DNA of 29,919 nucleotides from a virus (taxonomy: Duplodnaviria > Caudoviricetes), in the IMG/VR virus record IMGVR_UViG_3300033067_001424, positions 1 to 29,919 of that record. One strand, given 5' to 3'. The translations under genes and the position numbers were made by a program. Position 1 is the stretch's first letter. Every line of letters begins with the position of its first letter. This document shows, one piece after another, positions 16,454 to 24,048 of this stretch. Below the pieces are notes generated by a model, which did not search any database, had not been told where the DNA came from, and saw nothing but the letters and a program-made list of their open reading frames with translations.

Positions 16454-16783
16454 ATGACCGTAGTAAGCACAAAACCTGAAATAAGCCATGAAAGCGCATT
16501 TGGTACGCTGGTATTGAAACATCAGGCCGGTAGCGTCCACCACTACCAAGGCAAAGCATCTTGCGTAACCGAGGCTCTTTGCTTCATCAATCATTGTCAG
16601 GGCGGCACGATTCACGATTTCTGCCGTCAATATGGTTATGACTTTACGAAGCATGTTGGCGAGAAAGACATTGAAGTATGCGAAGATGGCTCTGGCCGCG
16701 CAATGTGGCTTCACATACCGGAAACGGCTACTCGCTGCGCTCAGAGCAAAGCGTTTCTTTCCCCTAGCCATAAAGCGGCATAG
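16454..16783 (+). CDS. IS passenger gene 1, His/Cys-rich hypothetical
   Basis: GAGGA RBS, 109 aa. Confidence 0.65.
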   Translation: MTVVSTKPEISHESAFGTLVLKHQAGSVHHYQGKASCVTEALCFINHCQGGTIHDFCRQYGYDFTKHVGEKDIEVCEDGSGRAMWLHIPETATRCAQSKAFLSPSHKAA

Positions 16784-16791
16784 GAGGCGAT

Positions 16792-16989
16792 ATGAACTAC
16801 TACATTGCAATGCACGATGCTGGCCGGAGCGTCCTAATCGCTGGCCCGTATGAAACGGAGGAAGCGGCGGAATCATCCCGCCGCGCCGCCAAAGAAAAAG
16901 CGTATGAGTATGACGCTAAATCATGGTTTTACACTTCGTCGCTGGCGAAGTCAGAAGCCGTAATGAAAACCGCTTTTGGGAGGGTATGA
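16792..16989 (+). CDS. IS passenger gene 2, phage-type small protein
   Basis: AGGAGG RBS; YY....D.GR..L.AGPY...EAA motif. Confidence 0.65.
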   Translation: MNYYIAMHDAGRSVLIAGPYETEEAAESSRRAAKEKAYEYDAKSWFYTSSLAKSEAVMKTAFGRV

Positions 16990-17222
16990 GTATGGCTATA
17001 CGGAAAAAATCAATGATAACCGTTGCTTGTGATAAATGGCTTGGACAACGTACCGAGAGGGGAATCAGTGTCGGCCAGATATGGGACGGGGCATGGGAGA
17101 CAGCCATGAAAGACGCGGAACACCGGGTTAAATGCCTTCCTATTTTTGGAGATGGGAAAGTCCTTCTATCGGACGTTTTGGGCGAGATAGACGCAATCAG
17201 GAAAGGGAAACACCATGCTTAA
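16986..17222 (+). CDS. IS passenger gene 3, hypothetical
   Basis: GGGAGG RBS, ATGA overlap with the previous stop. Confidence 0.6.
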   Translation: MSMAIRKKSMITVACDKWLGQRTERGISVGQIWDGAWETAMKDAEHRVKCLPIFGDGKVLLSDVLGEIDAIRKGKHHA

Positions 17223-17544
17223 CAGGGAAGCCTTTGAGAAGGCATGTCAAAAGTTTGACTTCATGTATATCAATTCTGACGGCACGATGCCTATTCAGGC
17301 GGCGATTGAGGAATATGTGCGGGAAGCCGATAAGACTTCCGGCAGGATTAACACCATAATAGCCCTGCTTCGTGACTCTGTGCGTCATCCAGATAATGAC
17401 AAGCTGATGCAGGATGCTGCTACCGTATTGTCGCGCATACCAAAAGCCGTTGAGGAACTGCATGGCATGATTGACGGCGGCGAGGAATGCCGTGGCCGCG
17501 ATAGCCAGATAAGCGAAGTCATCAGGATATTGGAGGGAGCATGA
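17215..17544 (+). CDS. IS passenger gene 4, hypothetical
   Basis: 109 aa, helical. Its stop overlaps the transposase start (ATGA). Confidence 0.6.
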   Translation: MLNREAFEKACQKFDFMYINSDGTMPIQAAIEEYVREADKTSGRINTIIALLRDSVRHPDNDKLMQDAATVLSRIPKAVEELHGMIDGGEECRGRDSQISEVIRILEGA

Positions 17545-18455
17545 CCAGCATAGTCCATATATACCGCCGCTTCCCTACGCCGGAAAGCTGTATAGCACAT
17601 TTAGAGCAGGTACGATGGGGAGATGCTCCTGAATGTCCTTATTGCCGTAGCCCACGGGTAGGGCGCAAGAATGACGGTGGGCAACGGTGGAATTGTCACC
17701 TATGCCGCAAGTCCTTTTCCGTGACCGTAGGCACGATATTCCACAATTCGCATGTTGACCTGCAACGATGGTTCCTACTGATTGCGCTCATGTTTTCAGC
17801 CAAGAAAGGACTATCCGCTATGCAAGCAGCTCGTGACCTTGAAATGCGCCGCCCTACGGTATGGAGCATGATGCACCGTGTACGCGCCGCTATGAAGGAT
17901 GACGGCAAGCTACTGGCTGGCATCGTTGAAATGGATGAAACCTATGTAGGAGGCAAGCCTCGCCGTTTCGCCAATAAGGATGACGATGACAACACGCCTT
18001 CCCTGCGCGGTAGAGGCACGAAGAAAACGCCCGTAGTAGGCGCGGTGGAACGAGGCGGCAGGGTAAAGGCCAAGCCGGTAGATAAGGAAGAAATGACTGG
18101 CGAGGATATGCAGCGTTATATCCGGCAGTTTATGGACACGAAAAACAGCGTGTTAAACACCGATGAATACCCCGGCTATAACAGCGCCAATAAGGTTGTC
18201 CTGCATCGTCGCTGCAATCACAAGGCTGGTTACGTTGTCCGTGACCTGTTTACAGGCCAGTTCGGGGCAATCCATACCAACACCATTGAATCATTCTGGG
18301 CGATTGTGAAACGGGCGATTTACGGCCAGTTCCACCATGTAAGCAAAAAGTACATGCACCTGTATCTGAATGAAATCAGCTATCGTTATAACCAGCGAAA
18401 CCAAGAGAAGCCGTGGGGATTGGAGGGAATACTATGCCTAGCAGTAAAGCCGTAA
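17541..18455 (+). CDS. IS1595-family (ISXO2-like) DDE transposase
   Basis: Zn ribbon CPYC...CHLC, FSVTVGTIF, HTH region, VEMDETYVGG, TDEYPGY, HTNTIESFW, HHVSKKYMHLYLNE..YRYN. Confidence 0.95.
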   Translation: MTSIVHIYRRFPTPESCIAHLEQVRWGDAPECPYCRSPRVGRKNDGGQRWNCHLCRKSFSVTVGTIFHNSHVDLQRWFLLIALMFSAKKGLSAMQAARDLEMRRPTVWSMMHRVRAAMKDDGKLLAGIVEMDETYVGGKPRRFANKDDDDNTPSLRGRGTKKTPVVGAVERGGRVKAKPVDKEEMTGEDMQRYIRQFMDTKNSVLNTDEYPGYNSANKVVLHRRCNHKAGYVVRDLFTGQFGAIHTNTIESFWAIVKRAIYGQFHHVSKKYMHLYLNEISYRYNQRNQEKPWGLEGILCLAVKP

Positions 18456-18507
18456 ACCGTACAACTCCGAAGAAAATTATCTCTAAACCTCGAAAGGAAA
18501 AACGCAG

Positions 18508-18972
18508 ATGACACGACACGCTAACCCCTCAATTCTCGCAATCGACATCGGCACAACGCTTGGTTGGGCTTTACTCGCGCAAGGCCGCGTTATTTCCGGC
18601 CGCTTCGATATGCGTCCCGGTAACAAAGAAAAGCCGGGGATTCGCTTCCTTCGCTTCCGGAAGGAATTTCTTTCAAATTTCCGCGACGTTCACGAAGTTT
18701 ACTTCGAGGAAGTCCGGCGGCATGAAGGCACGCACGCGGCACATATTTACGGCGGGTTTTGGGCAATCTTACTTTCCTTCTGCGAAGAAAACGCGATTCC
18801 TTACCGCGGCGTTGAGGTGGCGGCATGGAAACAGAACCTTGGCTTGAAGGGAAACGCTAAAAAGGCCGAAGTGATCGTCGAAATGCGGAACCGGGGCCAC
18901 GACCCCAAAGACGAGAACGAGGCCGACGCATTGGGGATTTTAAGCTTCGCACGCAAGCAGCGGGGGGCATAG
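18508..18972 (+). CDS. RuvC-like Holliday junction resolvase
   Basis: ILAIDIGTTLGWA, YFEEV, GNAKK, DENEADALGIL. Confidence 0.85.
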   Translation: MTRHANPSILAIDIGTTLGWALLAQGRVISGRFDMRPGNKEKPGIRFLRFRKEFLSNFRDVHEVYFEEVRRHEGTHAAHIYGGFWAILLSFCEENAIPYRGVEVAAWKQNLGLKGNAKKAEVIVEMRNRGHDPKDENEADALGILSFARKQRGA

Positions 18973-18974
18973 AA

Positions 18975-19142
18975 ATGAAGATATACCAATTTGCAATACT
19001 GGTTGCCGATATGCGGGCGATACAAAAGCTATTTCACGACACCAAGGACAAGAAGTATTTGCTTGATTGCCGCGCCGCGGAACATAGGGTTGACCAAGCC
19101 CTAAAATTTTACATTGCACAAAACACCGAAAGGAGCGTATAA
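18975..19142 (+). CDS. Small hypothetical protein (55 aa, not in ORF track)
   Basis: MKIYQFAILVADMRAIQKLFHDTKD...EHRVD, a common small phage pattern. Directly follows the resolvase. Confidence 0.55.
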   Translation: MKIYQFAILVADMRAIQKLFHDTKDKKYLLDCRAAEHRVDQALKFYIAQNTERSV

Positions 19143-19182
19143 CATGCGTATAGATTATCCTTTCTATGTAGGTTGGACTTGA

Positions 19183-19218
19183 CCCCTTTTGGCTTAATGC
19201 TGGAAGGGGATTTTTTTT
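19183..19218 (+). terminator. Probable intrinsic terminator
   Basis: CCCCTTTTGGC/GCTGGAAGGGG stem (with G-U pairs) followed by T8. Confidence 0.55.
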
Positions 19219-19293
19219 GTTTATGCCATAAAATATCCATAATTATTTAATTCGGATTGATAAGTTTTTTATAAATGATAATTTAATTAAAGA

Positions 19294-19364
19294 GGGGCTA
19301 GATCGGAGTAATTACCCGGTGACAAGTATTATAATTTTCCTAGACCGAAATTATGATGCGCCCC
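19294..19364 (+). ncRNA. C4-like antisense RNA
   Basis: Three-way fold: GGGGC/GCCCC, ATCGG/CCGGT, and an 11-bp stem with loop TCCTAGACCG complementary to two sites just upstream of the rep ATG. Confidence 0.6.
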
Positions 19365-19400
19365 GAAAATTACAAGGGTTTAGATATTAAGGGTTCTAGC

Positions 19401-20057
19401 ATGGAAATTGGTTACATAAAATTACACCGAAGTTTATTGGAATGGGAATGGATAGACGATCACAATTGTTTAAGGTTGTTTATATTTTTATTACTAACTG
19501 TTAATTATGAACCTAAGAAATGGCACGGTATCACCATTGAGCCGGGGCAGCTCGTGACATCCTTGGAAAACCTCGCTTTTCAAACCAAACTTTCAGTAAA
19601 GCAAGTCAGAACCGCGCTAGATAAGCTAAAATCGACAGGCGAGGTGGCAAACCAATCAACAAACAATTATAGAGTTATTACAGTGACTAATTGGAAAGAT
19701 TACCAAGGAGAGGGCAGGCAAGAGGGCAGGCCAGCGGCAGGCGGAGGGCAGGCGGAGGGCAGGCAAAGGGCAACAACTAAAGAAGGTAAGAAAGAAAGAA
19801 AGAAAGAAATATATAACCCCTTACCCCTTAAACCGGAGGAAGGTGTTTTAGAAAATATTGAAAAAAAAGTTTTTAAAATTCTCGATGTGATTTCACCAGA
19901 AGCTATTCAACGGGCAAGACAGCAAGCACCGTGTTGGGATATAAAATTTTTGGCTAAGGTTTATGACGATGGGGTTGAACAGCGGGGCATACCAGAAAAG
20001 CCAGATGATGCTTTCCCGAAATGGTGCAAGCTTTACACGAAAGGCAACCCGCCATGA
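19401..20057 (+). CDS. Phage replication initiator (winged-HTH, lambda-O-like organisation)
   Basis: GYIKLHRSLLEWEW...LFIFLLL...GQLVTS..LA....LS..QVRTALDKL...ITVTNW.DYQ, with internal iterons. Confidence 0.8.
   Translation: MEIGYIKLHRSLLEWEWIDDHNCLRLFIFLLLTVNYEPKKWHGITIEPGQLVTSLENLAFQTKLSVKQVRTALDKLKSTGEVANQSTNNYRVITVTNWKDYQGEGRQEGRPAAGGGQAEGRQRATTKEGKKERKKEIYNPLPLKPEEGVLENIEKKVFKILDVISPEAIQRARQQAPCWDIKFLAKVYDDGVEQRGIPEKPDDAFPKWCKLYTKGNPP
19710..19815 (+). repeat. Putative replication origin: iterons plus an A-rich tract
   Basis: GAGGGCAGGC at 19710, 19722, 19744 and 19755 plus two degenerate copies, then a purine/A-rich stretch. Confidence 0.7.
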
Positions 20058-20239
20058 GTCGCCCGGCACTAAAAGCCAATTGGACAACGCAGGATTGGCA
20101 GGCTTACATCGAGGAAGCGATAGACGTTGTTAAAAACTTAAAAAGCATGGGCGCACCCGCCAAAATGGTTGCAGAATGGGAGGAGGTTATAAACGAACGT
20201 GACGCAGAGTGCAGGAATTTTACCCCAAGTTTTTTATAG
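20054..20239 (+). CDS. Hypothetical protein
   Basis: ATGA-coupled to the initiator, 61 aa. Confidence 0.55.
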   Translation: MSRPALKANWTTQDWQAYIEEAIDVVKNLKSMGAPAKMVAEWEEVINERDAECRNFTPSFL

Positions 20240-20327
20240 CTCAAATAGCGCCCGGTAAGGATTTTATTGATATTTCATAAAAAAAGTGAGATAAAAAATA
20301 AATATTCCATAAAAAAGGGCGCTACCC

Positions 20328-20690
20328 GTGGGGCGAAAGCGAAAAGGCGAAAGCGTTGATTGCTGCACTATTAACACACATTTTGAAACGATGATATGGG
20401 AGCTTAAACTTCCACCAGAAAACGGAAGCCCCCGCATAGGTGAAGTGGCATTATGGCGAAGGGTAGTTATTCTGGCATTGCTGGATTTTTGCAATACCTC
20501 GGAACTGCCAAAGGTTCAAAAAACGCAAAGGGAGGCGGAGGAGTGGTTAAGGTTTAATAAATCAAAATTTACAGCGGTGTGTGAGCTTGCAGACATTGAC
20601 CCGGTGAAACTTAGAAGGATGGTGCAAATTGCCGTAAATAACCCTAGAACAGTTATGGCAGAACTAAAAAAAAGGATAACAAGACCATGA
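20328..20690 (+). CDS. Conserved phage hypothetical protein (possible late regulator)
   Basis: LWRRVVILALLD...AEEWL...FTAVCELADIDP motif. Lies between the replication and packaging genes. Confidence 0.65.
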   Translation: MGRKRKGESVDCCTINTHFETMIWELKLPPENGSPRIGEVALWRRVVILALLDFCNTSELPKVQKTQREAEEWLRFNKSKFTAVCELADIDPVKLRRMVQIAVNNPRTVMAELKKRITRP

Positions 20691-20736
20691 AAATTTTGCA
20701 TTTTTTGCATATAAAACCGCTAAATAGGTGGATTTG

Positions 20737-21951
20737 ATGAAAAATAAAATCAAAACCGAATACAAGAATATTCCCGTTTCCGACCTTGTGCCTTATGCCC
20801 GGAACGCTAGAACCCACAGCCCGGCACAGATTGACCAGATTGCCGCATCAATATCAGAATTCACCTTTTTAAACCCTGTGCTGGTTGAGCCGGACGGAAG
20901 CCTAATAGCGGGACACGGTCGGCTATTAGCGGCGCAGAAACTAAAAATTGATACAATCCCCGCAATCGTCATCAAAGGGCTTTCAGAAGCGCAAAAAAGA
21001 GCATTAGTGCTGGCGGATAACAAAATCGCCTTAAACGCTGGCTGGGATGACGAAATGCTTGCCAACGAAATAAAATCGCTGATTGAGGACGGTTACGACC
21101 CGGCAATAACTGGTTTTGATGAAGATGAAATAAGCCGTTTTATATCTGGCGAAGGGACGGAAGGCTTGACCGATGAGGATGAATTCCCGTTACCACCCGA
21201 AGAACCGATAACTAGGCTGGGGGATATATGGCTGCTTGGTGACCACCGCCTTATGTGCGAGGATAGCACCAGCATTGATGCCGTTGAAAAGCTGATGGGT
21301 GGACAGAAGGCGGATATGGTTTTTACTGACCCGCCGTATAATGTTGATTACGGGGCAAACGATAACCCGCGCCATAAAATAAGAACGATAAAAAATGACA
21401 AAATGAATTCTTCTGATTGGGATGGGTTTGTTACTGGGTATTTGACTGCTTTGTTTACTTTTTGTGAAGGAAATATTTATATCAGCATGAGCGATAAAGA
21501 ACTTGGTCATTTACAATTAAAGTTTGTGCATTTAGGTGGAAAGTGGGCAAGTTTTATTATTTGGGTAAAAGACCAACTAGTTTTATCTGCAAAGGATTAT
21601 CATAGTCGCCACGAAACTATACTTTATGGCTGGAAAGATGGTGTTAAGCGCAGAAAGCGTGTGGAAGATAGGACAAACGACGATGTTTGGGAAATACCGC
21701 GCCCTAAAAACTCCGAAGAACATCCAACCATGAAACCAGTAGAGCTTGTGGAAAAATGCATCAAGAATTCTTCTAACCACGGGGAAGTGGTTTTAGACTT
21801 ATTTGGCGGTTCTGGAACCACTATTATCGCCTGCGAAAAAACAGGTCGGAACGCACGCCTTATGGAACTTGACCCAAAATATTGCGACGTTATCGTTAAA
21901 CGCTGGGAAGATTTCACAGGAAGGAAAGCTGAACTTGAAACAAAAGCCTGA
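20737..21951 (+). CDS. ParB-like domain fused to an N6A/N4C DNA methyltransferase
   Basis: PYARNARTH...IAGHGRLLAA...LADNK ParB domain, then FTDPPY, HPTMKPVEL and LDLFGGSGTT. Confidence 0.92.
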   Translation: MKNKIKTEYKNIPVSDLVPYARNARTHSPAQIDQIAASISEFTFLNPVLVEPDGSLIAGHGRLLAAQKLKIDTIPAIVIKGLSEAQKRALVLADNKIALNAGWDDEMLANEIKSLIEDGYDPAITGFDEDEISRFISGEGTEGLTDEDEFPLPPEEPITRLGDIWLLGDHRLMCEDSTSIDAVEKLMGGQKADMVFTDPPYNVDYGANDNPRHKIRTIKNDKMNSSDWDGFVTGYLTALFTFCEGNIYISMSDKELGHLQLKFVHLGGKWASFIIWVKDQLVLSAKDYHSRHETILYGWKDGVKRRKRVEDRTNDDVWEIPRPKNSEEHPTMKPVELVEKCIKNSSNHGEVVLDLFGGSGTTIIACEKTGRNARLMELDPKYCDVIVKRWEDFTGRKAELETKA

Positions 21952-22019
21952 TTTTTTAGAGATAGCCTTTGAAGAAGGTTGTCGGGCTTGGTTAGAAGGA
22001 AAGTTGCAGGATAGTGAAT

Positions 22020-22559
22020 ATGTCAGGAAAAAAACTTATCAAAGGTACGAAAAAGAAGTCAAAGAATGGAACAGCAAAAAGGGGCAGGAAGGAACTTGAA
22101 ATTGATTATGAGCGCGTCAAAGACCTTGCTGGACGGGGATTATTAAAACAACAAATTGCTGACTGCCTTGGTATTTCTGAACGGACGCTTTATTACAAAC
22201 TAGAAAATGACGAAAAGTTTGAAACCGCAATAAGGCAAGGAAAGTCGCTTGCAATATCTGCCGTGTCGGGACAGCTTCTTACTATGATAAAGCGCGGCAA
22301 TGTCGCTTCAATAATTTTCTTCTTAAAGTCCCAGGCAGGTTGGAAGGAAACAAACGCTTATGAACACACAGGAAAGGACGGCGGGCCAATCCCATTTGAA
22401 CAGCTTGGACGCGAAGGAACAATGGCTGAAATCGCTTCAATCTTTGCCGGAGTCGGACTTAGCCCGCCTACTGAACCACGCCCGCACACTTTCGGCACAA
22501 ACAGCCCCTTGGATTCCGCTGCCCGGCCCGCAGACACAAGCACTGGAAAGCGAAGCTGA
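22020..22559 (+). CDS. Terminase small subunit
   Basis: HTH (QIADCLGISERTLY), GNVASIIFFLK..AGWKE, EHTGKDGGPI. Precedes TerL. Confidence 0.75.
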   Translation: MSGKKLIKGTKKKSKNGTAKRGRKELEIDYERVKDLAGRGLLKQQIADCLGISERTLYYKLENDEKFETAIRQGKSLAISAVSGQLLTMIKRGNVASIIFFLKSQAGWKETNAYEHTGKDGGPIPFEQLGREGTMAEIASIFAGVGLSPPTEPRPHTFGTNSPLDSAARPADTSTGKRS

Positions 22560-24042
22560 TATAATATTTTTCGGCGGCAAAGCCGGGGGCGGTAAAACCG
22601 ACCTGCTGCTTGGTGCAACGCTTCAGCACCAGCGTTCAATAATTTTTCGCCGCGAGTTTGTCCAGCTTTCCGGGATTATTGAGCGCGGAAAAAAAATCTT
22701 TAATTCGTTGACCCGTTTCAATGGAAAAGGATTTTGGGCTTTCAAATACAAAGGCGTTTACCGCCGGGTTGAATTAGGCAGTTGCCAGAATGTTGGCGAC
22801 GAAGACAAATATCAAGGGCAAGATCACGACCTTAAAGCATTTGACGAATTACCAAAATTCGCAGAATCGCAATTTCGCTTTCTTTGCGGCTGGAAGCGTT
22901 CGCCTGACCCCGCGCAGCGCGTACGTGTGATATGTACGGGCAACCCGCCTATGAACTCCGAAGAAGAATGGGTTGTTCAGTTCTTTGCCCCTTGGCTTGA
23001 CCCAAGCCACCCCAACCCCGCAACACCGGGAGAATTGCGTTGGTTTGCAATGGTGCGCGGTAAAGATTTAGAAATGCCAGATAATCGCCCGTTTGTCATC
23101 AAGGAGACAGGAATAGAAAAAGATGATTACGAAATTGTTTACGACTTTGACCCGGAAGTATACCGCCCCGAAGAAATCATAAATCCCGAAAGCAGGACAT
23201 TTATACCTGCCAGCATTACCGATAACCCGTATTACATGGCCAGCGGCTATATCAAAACGCTGCAAGCACTACCAGAACCCCTGCGTTCAAAAATGCTTTA
23301 CGGCGACTTTAAAGCAGGCAAAGAAGATCATCCGTGGCAGGTTATCCCTTCCGAATGGGTGCAACTTGCGCAAGAACGCTGGAAAAAGAAAGTTGCCGAA
23401 GGATTCAAGCCAACAACCCCGCTTTCTGCAATTGGTGTTGACGTTGCCCGCGGCGGGAAAGATAACACGATTTTAACACCCCGCTGGGATAACTTTTTTG
23501 GCGAACAGGAATTACACCCCGGAAAAACAACGGTGGACGGCCCGGCGGTCGCTGACCTTGCTATTAAATGCCGGGATTTAAACGGTGGCAACTCTGAAAC
23601 CAAAATCAACATTGATATTATCGGCGTGGGTTCCTCGCCTTATGATTTTACTTACCTTGCGCATGGAAGCCAAACGCACGCAATGAATGGCGCAGAAGGC
23701 ACCGACGCACGCGACAAATCCGGGCAACTGGGATTTGTGAATTGCCGGGCGCAATGGATATGGCAGTTTCGCGAAGCGCTCGACCCGGCAAGCGGGCAAG
23801 AAATATGCCTGCCACCAGATCGCGGTTTGTATGTTGATTTATGCGCTCCACGGTGGAAGCCAACTGCGCGGGGTATCCAAATTGAATCGAAAGAGGATAT
23901 AATAAAACGAATTAAGCGAAGCCCGGATAAAGGCGATAGTTGCATTTATGCGCACGCAATGAAATATTTCTCTGGTTGGGGGCATATGGAAGTTATGCGG
24001 GAAGAAATGGCAAAGCAGGCAGAAAAATTAAACAAGGGGTAG
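22360..24042 (+). CDS. Terminase large subunit
   Basis: Walker A GGKAGGGKT, Walker B KAFDEL, TGNP, nuclease IGVDVARGGKD and SPDKGDS. Start uncertain. Confidence 0.92.
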   Translation: MNTQERTAGQSHLNSLDAKEQWLKSLQSLPESDLARLLNHARTLSAQTAPWIPLPGPQTQALESEADIIFFGGKAGGGKTDLLLGATLQHQRSIIFRREFVQLSGIIERGKKIFNSLTRFNGKGFWAFKYKGVYRRVELGSCQNVGDEDKYQGQDHDLKAFDELPKFAESQFRFLCGWKRSPDPAQRVRVICTGNPPMNSEEEWVVQFFAPWLDPSHPNPATPGELRWFAMVRGKDLEMPDNRPFVIKETGIEKDDYEIVYDFDPEVYRPEEIINPESRTFIPASITDNPYYMASGYIKTLQALPEPLRSKMLYGDFKAGKEDHPWQVIPSEWVQLAQERWKKKVAEGFKPTTPLSAIGVDVARGGKDNTILTPRWDNFFGEQELHPGKTTVDGPAVADLAIKCRDLNGGNSETKINIDIIGVGSSPYDFTYLAHGSQTHAMNGAEGTDARDKSGQLGFVNCRAQWIWQFREALDPASGQEICLPPDRGLYVDLCAPRWKPTARGIQIESKEDIIKRIKRSPDKGDSCIYAHAMKYFSGWGHMEVMREEMAKQAEKLNKG

Positions 24043-24048
24043 AAATTT

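Larger units (their letters stand above)
16357..18469 (+). mobile_element. IS1595-family element with four passenger genes (CGGnnTT ends, ISNha5-like)
   Basis: 30-bp terminal inverted repeats at 16357-16386 and 18440-18469 (24/30 identical) enclose the cargo ORFs and the transposase. No target duplication found. Confidence 0.8.

Noticed and set aside
16349-18477. 8-bp target-site duplication of the IS
   Set aside because: The flanks AAAGGTAT and AAGAAAAT match at only 4 of 8 positions.
21935-22099. Small TTG-start ORF between the methyltransferase and TerS
   Set aside because: Has a plausible RBS but overlaps both neighbours, TerS by 80 nt. Evidence is insufficient.
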